Assembly (NCBI GenBank): GCA_973895155.1
Contig: OZ316895.1
Coordinates: 13,884,225 to 13,948,224 of the forward strand
DNA from: Marsupella aquatica
Taxonomy: Eukaryota > Plantae > Marchantiophyta
Reading direction: 5' to 3'
DNA length: 64,000 bases
Below, one piece after another: positions 13,094-29,146 of this stretch. The position numbers and the translations under genes were made by a program. The notes below the pieces were generated by a model. That model saw only the letters and a list, made by a program, of their open reading frames with translations, was not told where the DNA came from and made no database searches. Every line of letters begins with the position of its first letter. Within the stretch, counting starts at the first letter, position 1.

Positions 13094-16000
13094 ATGGGAT
13101 CGGTGATGGATTCAGGCGGCGCAGTAGGAGAAGGAGAAGGAAGAGCAGCAGTGGATGGACGTGGAGAAGCTCTGGGGCCAGACGGGAAATCATGGGAGCC
13201 GAGCACCCCTGCAGCCACAGAAGAAGGAGGAGGAATGCGAAGGCGGGTGAGAGTGGAGCACAAGAACATACAAGGGTGGAAGGGAAAGCTGAAGGATAGC
13301 ATGTGGCATGGCGGGACATGGTTTGACGCTTGGCTCAGTGCTGTTGCTGGCCAGGTAGCAATCCTCCCTCCTTCCTGATCCATTACAGTCCTTGCCATGT
13401 TCCATCTATTCAATTCAATCGGTTCCAGTAGGCCATCATTTGTAGACATTTTAAGCCTTCCCATCGTTGTCATTGCCATTGCTATGAGCTCCAATACCTG
13501 ACTTTCTGGTGCCTCAACATTTCGGATGGCCCAACCTGTGAGTTATTATAGATATATCTAGACATTGTAAGACGTCAAAGTGAATTTCATCATCTATCCG
13601 CCAGTATGGACAATTTTGTGCAGATAGGTTCGGTACTTCTGGTTTTTCCATACACCTTGGCACAAATGGGATACGGGTGGGGACTAAGTCTGCAAGTTCT
13701 ATATGCACTATACGGCTGCTGGACTGTGTACCTCCTCTCCTGGATGTACAATGAGATGAGCACACGCAAAACAACGCGAGAGAAGCTTGATGATCGTCAC
13801 ATACTGCAGGTAAATCAGTTTGATTCATTGGAGTCCAGTGGATTCGAGCAATTCTGCCATGACATGCTCTCCACGAATGCTTAAAAGTATCTGAGCTGAT
13901 GTCCAGGAGTACATTCAACTTTTATTTTATTTAAAAATTCAGAATGAGTTTGGAAAACTGACATATGTTGTTGTACTCGTTTCTGATTAATATGCAGTAC
14001 CATGAAGTCATTGGTGGCCTCGCAGGTAAATGGGCTGGACGAATCACGAAGGTTTTCAATATCACAGGGTTGACCTTTGGATGTGTTTTGCAAGTTATTG
14101 CAAATGGCAGGTACCACCTTCCCTCACTCCCTTTCCCCTGACAAGCAGTGCTGGAAACGTTCCAAGATAATGCATTGATTGGACCCTCAAAACATCCCTG
14201 AGGGAAGCAGGAAATATATGGAACCTGAATTAGACGAGAAGCTCGGGGGAGGGGTCTGGAGGACAGTAGTCTGTTGAGTGAACCAGATGTCCCATAGGAT
14301 CGTCCCCAATTGTCTAGGGGATTGATTTGAATCCCATATTTCTGGTGTTGCAATCTGTGAGCTTCATGTATTAATTGACACAGAATGCCTCGACTTAGAA
14401 CGTGATTAACGCCTTGACAGTGTTGCCTGTGAATTAAGGATTGTCGTGTCCCCCTGCAGTGATGTTTACTACCTGGATACCAGCTGGAGCAAGAGGACGT
14501 GGACATATGTGTTCGGAGCGCTAACATTGCTCACTGTTTTGATCCCATCTATGCACAACCTCCGAATCATTTCCTTCACTGGTGTTGTTGCGATTTCCTT
14601 CACTGCATGGTACCTGACAGGTGCAGCTTTACAGCACGGACAGGTATCTTATTTCTTCCACCTGTCTACAAAACATATGGTTTCAAATTGCAGATTCAAA
14701 ATCAAACCTGTTGGTTACTCACGAGAAGTTTCTCACTAAAGAATCATTCCTTCCATCATCTTTTATTTTGATATTTTTCTAAGTTTGTTTCCTTCCTTGC
14801 ATTTTATCTGCTGTGGTCCTCCATAATTCGACAATTCTTGCCTGCCCATGGGGACTAGTTTATCCGTCAAATTATTGTGACTTAAAGCAAGCATGTGCGA
14901 TCAGTAACTCGTTGTCATTGTTGGTGTCAAGACTGCCATATCTACATTTTCTTTGTGTCTTTCAGTGAAGTTTGTCTAGCGTTGGATGTGCAGGTTGCCA
15001 ATGTTCAGCACTCTGGGGCGAAGGACAAGGTCCAATTTTTTTCTGGAGCCACCAATATCCTGTTTAGCTTTGGCGCCCATGGGATTTGTATGTGAGTTTC
15101 CACTCAAGTCCGAGAGGCTCCAATTTCTTTTATGGCTAAGGCGTCCAAATGAGACAGAATATGGTGATAGATCGAGTATTGCTCTTGGTTACTCTTGAGA
15201 GGTGATTTCCAAAACTAGAGCGATCTGTGCTGCGAGTTGAGGGGAGGAGGAATCTATCAATAGCTAGTGATGTGATGTCCTACATTTTGCAGGGAGATTA
15301 TGGAGGCGATGTACCAGCCGAGGGCCTATAGCTATATCTATATTCTGGCAGTTATATGGACTTTGTGTCTGTCAATACCAGACTCGGTTTCTGTGTACTG
15401 GGCTTTCGGAGACATTCTGCTAAAAAACGCGAACGCATACGGAGTTCTGCCCCCTTCCCGAACTCGAACGACGTCCATTGTGCTCATGATTCTACATCAG
15501 GTTCGCTCAGAATTTCTGTTTATATATACATCTCCCCGCCTACCATCCTCACAGAAACTCCAGCAGACTCGCATCATTTTCGTGTGATGTGTTCTGTTTG
15601 GTCCTTCCTTTGCTGACTTGCAAGTTGACGCTTGGTTGGCTCAAAGTTCATCAAATTGAATGCAGCTTACTGTGTCACAAGATAAACTTGACCTGGCTAG
15701 ATCGTTCGTTTGCTGGATTTTCGCACTGCTAGATCAAGGTTAGCAGAGCTTATAAGTGTTGATGTGGATGCAGTATGTCGCCATAGTACTTAATATCAAC
15801 CCAGTGTTTCTGGTCGCGGAGAAGGCCGTTGGGTTGCACACCAGCTCAAACTTCCTCCTCAGGTGTCTCGTCAGAGTTCCCGTGGTATTAGTCGTCTGGT
15901 TTCTGGCGTTGGCCATTCCATTTTTTGGGCCGATCAACTCCGTGTTTGGAGCCTTTTTAATTGCATTTTCGGTCTACATTATTCCCTGCGTGGCTTTCAT

Positions 16001-16651
16001 CATTGCTTATCGCACCAAAGAAGCTCGCCAGGTAATATTCTGAGCTCAACTCCTCTTAGCTGTCCCTTAGGTTTGTGAGGAGCCCAAGAATTCTCAGTCT
16101 GTGCCCCAATGCAATCCATCTCAGGGCTTTCTTTTGACTCGAGTGTCTGAGGGACTTGAGAGTATCCATGAGTTGGAGTAGTCTTCGATTCAGTGGAAAT
16201 TCCAGCAAGTGCATGGGAGTACATAATTGCAGGTTAATTGTAGGCAGGTTGGATCTGGATTGCAGAAGTCATACAGTATTTCAGGAGGATGCAAGCAGGC
16301 TTCCGAAGGCAATTGTCTTGCTCATGTGTTCATTACGCTAACACTATGGAATAATGTGATTTTGAATCTCAGAGATTTCTTTGAACTTTCCTTGCTCTGT
16401 TTGTTCCTAAAAGCTGTCTCCGTTGGACTGATACCTTGCATGTTTTGTGAATCTTCTAGAACTCGGTGTGGAAGCCATCTCCATTGATTTATGGGTGGAG
16501 AGGGACATTTGCTATCAGCGCCTTTATTGCTGTCTGGGTGTTCGTTTTGGGGTTCGGGTTTGGGGGTTGGGCGAGTGTCACGAACTTGGTGCATCAGATC
16601 CACCAGTTTGGATTTTTTGCCAAATGCTATCAATGCCCACCTAAGAAATAG
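13094..16651 (+). CDS. LAX: AUX1/LAX-family auxin influx carrier-like protein (amino acid/auxin permease superfamily), divergent
   Basis: Exons 13094-13354, 13624-13809, 13998-14110, 14460-14643, 14994-15091, 15293-15500, 15774-16031, 16460-16651, all GT-AG and in frame. Motifs WHGG..DAW, KRTWTYVFGA, IPSMHN.RI, GATNILFSFG.H, EIMEAM..P, PFFGPINS and the C-terminal GFGFGGWAS..FAKCYQCP are AUX1/LAX hallmarks. Confidence 0.93.
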
Positions 16652-18944
16652 CAGCAATTTCGAGTGCAAGATGAAGACAATGTACAGGACGCTGGTGTAT
16701 AAGATTTTAATGGATAAAAAACAGGTTTGCACTCCTTCCCATTTCAACCTGGGAATTATAAGGAAAGTTCTTATAGCACGGGATCGAAGCCACGGCACAG
16801 TAGAAACATGAACCGTGATCATACATAACAAAAAACAATATGTTTTTCATGTAACGTCCACTCTGAAAAGCGTCTGGTCTTGTATTTTTAAGTGTGATGT
16901 CGCGCTTCAACGACAGTACTTTACGTGCCACGTGCTGTTATATTGATTCTGCCTAATTAGCCCACAAAATTGAGAAGTGTGCAGAGCTATGTGGATTTCC
17001 TTGTTCTTTCAGCGCTTCTACTTGATTAAGATGTAGATAATATTCTATATATTCACAGAAAGGAAAGGTTGATTCATTTATATTGATGTGGATGACAAGT
17101 GGATCTAACTTGAATTGACGGGTCTCATAAGTTACCAGATTTTACTTGCGAAATTTCTTTCAAGATATTATCGAGATGAGGCTCAGGATATTTTGGTTGA
17201 TTGAATTTCCTCAGTTTTCTGACGTTTACTGGAATGTACCGCAGTTGTCCTCCTGCAGGTCGAATACCCTATTGAGTAGAGTAAATGTGTCGCCACCACT
17301 CGCATTCTATGCCTTGAAGCTGTCTTCGAGTTCTCACATGGACAGAAGCAACAGTCTGATATCTAGTCTGATATCTAGTCTGAATTGATGTTTACCTTCA
17401 TTTTAGCGAAGTGATGGAGAGTTTTCCAGTCAGTATGCATTTGAGGCAGTCAACAACTTTGTTTAAAATTTCGACCAATACGATGATCGAGATCATTGTT
17501 ACAATTTGCAAGTAATTTCCAGCCCAGTGATTTCATTTCTCTTCTTTGAGTCCAGACTTCAAGTGCTGCTTTCTGCGATGCTCGAAGATGTGTTCAAAGG
17601 TCGTCCCCTTCACACTGTTTGTGTAACCTGGTCGAATCCGAAAGGCAGCAGGAAATCATACTGACTCTCATTGAGACTTTTGGACCTACGTCGCCATCCA
17701 CAGCCGAAAATGTTTTCAGAGAGGACCTTAACGACAAGGAGCCATTGGTCTCCTCAATTGGATTTTGGTAATTTTTCGTCTTTATGGTCGAGTGGTCATC
17801 CAATACAGGGGTGTCAAGTACAATAGAGAACTCAACGTCACACTTGTGCATGGGGGAGGCATATTGAAGCTGGGTGAATACAAGTCATGGGGCCGCTTGA
17901 CGTCAAGTACACTGTGAGCCTTGCGTGTTGGATAAATCCATGGTCTAAATCAGGAGCATTGGCTGATGGGTAAATCGGACAGCCTTGCCCGAGCCTTGCA
18001 CACAGACACACATGGGTATGAAATTGGAAAACCGGATAACCTTACCCGAGATTGCACAGACCGTGCAAAATCTTGTAATGAGAAAATAACCACTAATGAC
18101 AAGCACTGATTGCCAGAACCCGTTTTGCATTAAGCCAGACGTTGAGGATAGTAGGCGCTTGGGGTTAATTACTTGCAAAGGCAATAGTGGGCTCTCAATC
18201 TGGGCCCAAGGGGCAAACGGGTTGTCCAAAATTCTGACGTCAGAGTTGTGGCCTGCAAGTATTCGGTATTAGCTACAGTTGTTGATTGACCTCAAGTGCC
18301 TCCTGGGATAAGAATTAAAGTTCGTCCAAAAACTCTTCAGGTTGTACCTCGTTGTCACTGGCAAACAGTCTTGAATTGTCGAACTCTTGGTCGAGACATT
18401 GAGAGCTTTATCTAGTAAAATGGCAGTCAGGTATATAAAATATTGCAAAGGACAAAAGGCGCCATACCGAGGGACAAGATACAATAGTCAGGTCCAGGCT
18501 GTTGGTGTGATCTCGTCGATCTCTGGAGAGGTATAAAACAAAACTGGACAGTCAAATCTGTCAAAGAGGCCCACCTGCACCTTTCCCAGCTGACCAATCT
18601 CTGACTTCATTCGTTATTCAGACAAAAACCTCGCTCACGAAATTCACGTTCACACCCACGAGTTTGCCCTCTCTACCCAAAGGGCTGCTGACGAGCATCA
18701 CGACATCGTCACAGTAAACGACTTTCAGTCTGTCCCTGCCCAGTTGTTCGATTGCGACTCGCTGGACGTCTCACTTTACAAGTGCGAATCTCATTCCCGG
18801 CTGACGTGCAGACGGAGAACCTAAAGGATTTTCATCACTTTTGTACCCAAAGTTCGATTCTAATCCTGCCTGCTACGAAGAAAACACAAGTCGAAACATG
18901 AATGAGGATCCTGCCCCGGTATTTCGTCTTCGAAACTCAGGTAT

Positions 18945-19052
18945 GTTCGCTCGGATTGTGTGGGAGCTTCCAGTCCGCTGAGCTCGCTCGGACGGTGTCG
19001 GAGCTCCCAGTCCGCTGAGTTCGCTCGGACGGTGTGGGAGCTCCCAGTCCGC
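18945..19052. repeat. Three-copy 37-bp tandem repeat
   Basis: GTTCGCTCGGACGGTGTGGGAGCTCCCAGTCCGCTGA-like unit repeated three times between the LAX and KARI 3' ends. Confidence 0.8.
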
Positions 19053-19645
19053 TTAGTTTCATTCCACTCGGCTATCATGACAAATCCACGAAGCCTGTTC
19101 TTGTCCTAGGTGTCTTGCTCCTTGTAAACCAGGTCCCGAAGTTGGTCATTCAGTAATCCAGATCGAATTTTAGACACGGCACCTACTCTTTCACGAGTTT
19201 TGAGTCCCGGTCAATTTGCGCAAGAATCCCAAAAGTCTCTTCTTGACTCAAAACAAGTGCAATCACAGATTGCTGCAGTGTTCTCAACGCCTTGGAATTC
19301 AAAAAACGCAGAGAAAGATCCTCCGTACCATAAAAAAGCTCGTCCGGCTTACATTTCCTCGTCTACCTTAATGACGAAGAGATATGAAAATGAAATACAC
19401 GGCACCGGTAGAGTTATACATAATTTACTATACTAACACGAGAGCTCAAAAGTAGAGAGTTTCTAGAGACCTCACTGATGGCCTGCGGATTCTACCCTTG
19501 TGGTCATACCGCTGCTTCTCAGGCTAGTGCTCTTTCTGACAAAACTGTCCGCCTAATCGTCACAGAATAATCGCCGCTCTGATCTATTTAACAAAAAACC
19601 CTGACAAACCCCGCATTACTAATAGCAAGATTTTCTCCCTTGATT

Positions 19646-23422
<3,777 letters not shown>

Positions 23423-23857
23423 TTCTTCCCTGTTTTTCTCGAAGTTCCGTCCTACAAGAGATCACAGGTAAAAACCTGGGTCACAGCACTTAGCTGCGCA
23501 GCAACGGATCCTAGAACAGCACCAACGATTGTACCCCAAACCCTTAGACCCAACTCGCACGCAGTCGGCCCTTCAGAATGCGGCCTCACTTAACACTTGC
23601 GCAACCTTCGCAAAAAGCACAATCTTCCTGAAGCAGGCGATTCCTACCCACTACAACATGCAGTGTCTTGATCTTAGTTTGTGATCATTTCCTCCAGTGG
23701 CTCTCCGCAACCTAATCTCACGAACAAAGTGGAGCGCAGTCTCGGTCGCGTGGGTGAGGCGATGGTGAGGCGATGGCGAGGCAAGCAAATGTGAGGGTTA
23801 TTACACAGCGCCAACCCCTTGGCGAGGAGCAAGGAGAGGAAGGGAATAATTCCTGTC

Positions 23858-24270
23858 GTTACCTGTGTCTAATCTTTTTTCCTAGGTGCCACCATTTCCA
23901 TAACACATAAGATGAGCAAGGTTAAGTGTGTCTAACCTTTTCTCCTAGGTGCCACCATTTCCATAACAGTGTGCCTAAACCCAGAAAATGTTCCCTATAA
24001 TTTTTTACCCAGTTTGGATTGGGTTATTGTCTAAAATCTGTTCTCACAAAGCTCAGAAAAACTTCCTTATTGCAGTGGTAAGCTAACACATAAGATGAGC
24101 AAGGCAAGGTTACCTGTGTCTAACCTTTTCTCCTAGGTGCCACCATTTCCATAACCCTATGCCTAAACCCAGAAAATGTTCCCTATAATCTTTTCCCCCA
24201 GTTTGGATTGGGTTATTGTCTAAAATCTGTTCTCACAAAGCTCAGAAAAACTTCCTTATTGCATTGGTGA
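23858..24270. repeat. Tandem duplications upstream of KARI
   Basis: TGTGTCTAA(C/T)CTTTT(C)TCCTAGGTGCCACCATTTCCATAAC occurs three times (about 23865, 23927, 24115); a longer block at about 23927-24080 is repeated at about 24115-24268. Confidence 0.85.
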
Positions 24271-25000
24271 GCATTTTCTCACTTCCTGGTCACATGATTA
24301 GAGACTAGAAACCCTAGACCAAATCTTCATTACCCTGTATGTAATGAGCCTTCCCCCTCCTGGGAGGGGAGGTCAACTGCCAGGGTTACGTTGACTCCCC
24401 TGGCGCTGCCACTTCTCCAGGGCAGGGCGGGAGGTGCGGCCTTACCCCAATTTTTGGCGCCCGTTTTTCAGCAGCTGCTTTTTCGGGCTTGGCTATGCAT
24501 GGCGTTTTGTTTTTGGGCTCGGCTGTTTGTCGCGACCTTTTTAGCTGTTTGGGCTTCTGTTTCGGGTTTGGTATCCAGTTTTGGACTGCAGCTTCGGCCT
24601 GCTGGGCATATCGTTCTGTCTTTTGATACCGGCGGGGGTTTTTTGTTGGGGCTTGCCGCTTGACTTTTGTGCCTTCTGTCAGGGTCTTGCGATTTTGGGG
24701 ACCCCTTCCTGGCTTCCCTCGGGCTCCCCTTCCGAGGGGCCCTTGAGGACAGGGCTCTCCTTTCTTGCCCCTTAGGGCTGTCTTGCATGTGCAAGAGTCC
24801 TGAGCAAAGCGACCCTTACGGCCCACAGATGTCGGGGAAAAGTGGGAGTGTGAATCTAAACACAATCTTTGGAAGTTTACGTGTGACGTGCTCACTCCGT
24901 CGCATCTACTTCTTTGTCATTCACACCACAAATTCTACAGGGCAGGATGCAGGAGCTTCTGCACTAAAACTTGCCCCTGCAAAGTCGATGCCTGCATATT

Positions 25001-25405
25001 TCCACATTACATGCGGCAATGCGAAGCAGAGTTCCGCATTACATGCGGCAATGGGAAGCAAAGTTCCGCATTATATGCGGCAATGCGAAAACAACATAAC
25101 GTGAAAGTGCCTTGCGCAACCTCACTCGTTTCTACTTGCTTCCTACTGTTTGGTCACTGCCGTTGCTCCTTGCCTCTGCAAAGTTCCGTTGCGCTGCTGC
25201 CTTGAATCACAACATGCGCTCATGCCTTGATAGCTGCCTCGATACTTCACCCGGAATTGTTGATGTTTGCTCACTGCCGCTGCTTTGTTCCTTCGCTTTG
25301 CTCACTGCCGCTGCTTCGTTCCTTTGCTTTGCTCACTGTCGCGCGCTGCTTCATTCCTTTGCTTTGCTCACTGCCGCACGCTGCTTCATTCCTTTGCACT
25401 GCTGC
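25001..25405. repeat. Harbinger subterminal repeats
   Basis: Three 32-bp units containing CC(G/A)CATTA(C/T)ATGCGG at about 25001-25090, and about five ~29-bp TTTGCTCACTGCCGCTGCTTC.TTCC units at 25266-25405. Confidence 0.8.
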
Positions 25406-26087
25406 TCAGTTGTACATGGGCTGAGAAACCTGAATTGGACTTGCACTCATGCTCACAGAGCACTGCTCGATACCGGACTGCTGCCTTCAATGGAAATCGT
25501 CAAGAACTCACTAGGATTGCTCCTTGCTGACTTCGTGTCCTTCGTCTTTCCTTAACGGTTGGTGCCAACATTTGATTCCAGCCACAAAATTTCTGGGAGG
25601 AGACTACTAGCCGTTCACACCTGATCTAAGCAAAGCTAATGTCAATGTTGCGACCTCTGTGAAGCAGCAAGTAATGTAAAGCAAGGACTTACAAAGAATT
25701 CCTCACAATCCTTGCTTATAGTGTTTCGAGTGTCACCTAACAATTCCTAACAGAATCTATGTGTACACTTGTCAGGTACTATTTTTCTTTCGAACCCGTA
25801 TATAGTAGAGTGTAGGTATTTTACAGACATACAAAGGATGAGTATATGTCCTAAGCTTTCCTTACTTTGATATGTACTTTACAGAAATTCAGTGGTTACT
25901 TTGTATGCATGCACATCGATGCTCACAAAAATTAACTTCACTCTTTGCTACTACTTGGTTCACTTGTGTATGTCTAATTAATTGGTTCACTCATTCATTA
26001 CCCTCAATTTCTCTCTTGACTTTTGAGATGTTCTTTCCATTAAATCACTATTGTGCAGGGCTTTTGAGTTCGGACTGTTTTGAAGCA

Positions 26088-27445
26088 ATGGTGCTCTCAA
26101 ATGAGGAATGGGAAATAATATTGTCCATTATTGTTGCTCTCCAGCAACTGCTCTTGCTACAACTGCAATTGGCCACTCTGGTTGTTACCGATTCTTTACC
26201 ACATAGACTGGTGCAGGATGACAATGGTACACAATTTGCAAATTTACTTCGACTCTTTCAAACTATTCAACATGCATTTTACAGAGATTATCATCATATC
26301 TCTGGGAATTACATTGAACCTAGGTCAAGAGAGTGGAGCGACTGGTATTTGATGCATGTCATCGAGCATGATCCCGTTCGTTTCAAATATTTGTTTCGAG
26401 TGTCACCGGCAATATTCATGTACATTTGTGACCTGGTTAGAGAAGACATGATAACGAATCCACCACCCGGCCTCCGCAATTTGACGAACAGAACATTGTC
26501 CGTTGAGCGTTAGGTTGCCATAGCCCTACGACAGTTTTCCAGTGGGTGTTTGCTACTAACACTTTCAGAGATGTTTGGCGTTTCCGTCCCATGCATATCA
26601 GATGTTGTTTGGCGATTTGTTAGGGCTTTAATTGTGCGAGGCAGAGGGCAACATTTGAGTTGGCCGCAAGGAGAGGCCATGGCAAGGGTAAAATAAGAAT
26701 TTTGCCAATTGCAAGGATTCCCAAATTGTTGTGGTGCCATTGATGCCACTCATTTTCAAGTGGAGTTACCTCCTGGAACAAATTCTGTTGATTATCGTGA
26801 TTAAGAACATGGTCAAAGCACTTCCATGCAAGCTGTCTGTGATATTCGTCTTCAATTTTTGGATGTTTTTTCAGGATGGCCTAGCAGCATTCAAGACTCT
26901 CGCCTTCTACGGGTGTCTGGTTTTTTAGTGATGTTATGGAATATCACACAAAACTCTCCGGTCCGGTATTTACTTCTCCAACCGGATTCAGTACAAGGGA
27001 GTACATTATTGGAGATTCTGGTTACCCTGCTTATCCCTGGTTGCTTAACCCTTTTCCTTCTACAACAGAGCATAGTCGCAAAAGACACTTTAATTATATG
27101 TTGAGCTCGACTAGGATGTGCGTGGAACGAGCTTTTGGGCAATTGAAGAATAGTTGGAGATTTATTTCATGCAAAATGTATAGGCCATCTCCTTATCGAT
27201 TAGCGCACTATATTACTTGTGCATGTATTCTTCATAATATTCGTATTGACCATGGAGATGTGTACGATCCAGCTTGGGGGATAGATCCAGACCCTCCTTA
27301 TGAACCCAGAGGGCCCCCTGCTACCCATCATAATTACGATAATGGGCGTAGATATCGCATTGCAATGATGGATCATTTGTTGCCAGAGATAGAGTGGGAG
27401 GAACAACAAAGGCGTAATGCTGCCCCTAGGGATCATAGATTGTGA
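26088..27445 (+). pseudogene. Harbinger (HARBI1-like) DDE transposase, disrupted
   Basis: FKYLFRVS..F..IC, LSVER*VAIALR, GFPNCCGAIDATH, QAVCD..QFLDVFSGWPSSIQDSR, IIGDSGY..PWLLNPF, FNYMLSSTRMCVERAFGQLKNSWR, CACILHN; in-frame stops near 26511, 26695 and 26801 and a frameshift near 26920. Confidence 0.92.
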
Positions 27446-27589
27446 TCACTTATGTTTTCACACATGTTTACGGAAAATTTGAATAAAATTTGTGATTGAA
27501 ATGTGCATCAAAGTGTCATCAAAGATTGTACATAGTTTCATGTCACTCTCAATTCAAGCACTATCTACACAAACCAAACAAATGCTACT

Positions 27590-28702
27590 TTAGTGTGAAG
27601 GCCGTGAAGAACTTGCAAGCTTCTCCATCAGGACCTCAGTCAAACGTGTTATCTGCTCGGGTGTTGTCGTCATTGCTCTAGCCAAAGTCCTCTCTTGTCG
27701 CTCTTGGACCTGACACTCACGTTCTCGGATTTCACACTCACGTTCTCGGATGTGAGAATCGTGTTCACGAATTTCACAGTCACGCTTGGCCGAGGAAGCC
27801 ATGTCAACACAACTGTTGGCCATGGTTTTGAACTGCGCTTGCCTATCATTGCCAGACTTGAATGCCTTTTGCTTCACACCTCTCTTTCTTGGGCCAAAAA
27901 AGTCCTGAGGGGATGATGGTTGTCTCACTCCATCAGTATTGTTGGTGTTCCCTTGTGCACTTTGTTGCGTTGGCCTTGCACAATCAGCCTGGCTAGCAGG
28001 TACAGACCTATCTTCATCAACGTCATCTTCATGATCGCCTGCAAAACACAAAACTTGCTGCATTCAATAAATGAAGACGATAGTAAAGAAATTTAACTCA
28101 TAAACTAAAGATAGATACATTGTCTTGGGTAGCAAAGCACTTGTAGAGGTGAGAGTAAAAACTATCTTACTTTCTGACAACAAAATTAATGGATCCTCCT
28201 GGGGGTTTCGGTCCATCGAAGAAATGTCAGATAAGAATTGTTTAGGTGGAGTGATGCGCGGAATATCTGCATACCACTCCATCATTGTCTCATACAAATC
28301 AATAGAGAAATTAGTGGGAAATCTCTTTTCGCATCGCAACTTGTCATCCATGTTGAAGTAGGAAATCTGCCCAGTTTTCTGCAAATTCTCATAGTCATAA
28401 ATCATTTTGAACTTGCTGTCAATGAGCTGCCACTTCTTCTTACAACTGTTGTGATCTCGAATAGGATTAGTGAACCCCTCATCCTCCATAAATTTTGCCA
28501 CTACTTTCCATTTCAACTTAGTGTTGGTCATCTTCTGCTGAGTGGAGCCTCCCAGTACAACAGTATGGTACTCATTTTGTTTTGTTGCAATAAGAGCCTT
28601 CATCTCTATGTCAGTCCAATCTGGCAACTTACTCTTTCCTTGAGGTTGTGATGCACCTTGCCATGAAGTTGTGCCTTGACCACTCTGGTTTTGGCTTGTC
28701 AT
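27590..28702 (-). CDS. Harbinger Myb/SANT (trihelix-like) DNA-binding protein, two exons, about 326 aa, open frame
   Basis: Exons 28702-28171 and 28038-27590 (GT-AG). WTDIEMKALI..KWKVVAKFM..RDHNSCKKKWQLI..FKMIYDYE is a Myb/SANT signature; the C-terminus is an acidic/basic coiled coil. Confidence 0.88.
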
Positions 28703-29146
28703 CTGAAAGCCAAAAAACAATATGCAAATTACTTTGTCAAAAAGTTACAAAACTAATGAATACAAAAAACAAATTGAGTCTCTGAAACATATGTAGAAGC
28801 AAACATACAAATTCCCAAACCACAAGAGTGCTTGAAAAAAACATCATTGCAAATTAAAACCATGGACTTTACTACTCATTCAAATTTTGCCAAAAGTTGT
28901 CGAAGCAAAGTTATCCCCAAAGTTAAAATTATCAAAATAATCCAAAATGGTACATAGAAAGAACATTGTAAATACTAGGTCTTATGAGTATAACCCTCTA
29001 TGTATCTAACTTTGAGGTTCTTTTTAGCAAGGTAGTGCTTCTCGAATCAAGGCCCAAGATCTAGAGAATCATTATCCAAGCAAACTTTTTTTCTACATCT
29101 CACAGGAATAGCATCTCGGTCATGAGTTGATGGTCCTGTACTATTT

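Noticed and set aside
17146-19140. Possible small gene between LAX and KARI
   Set aside because: Only short unrelated ORFs; I could not build a coherent exon chain.
24386-24895. 169-aa Lys/Pro-rich ORF
   Set aside because: It spans the Harbinger insertion junction and derives from a GT-rich non-coding tract resembling a LINE 3' UTR that continues at 35974-36290.
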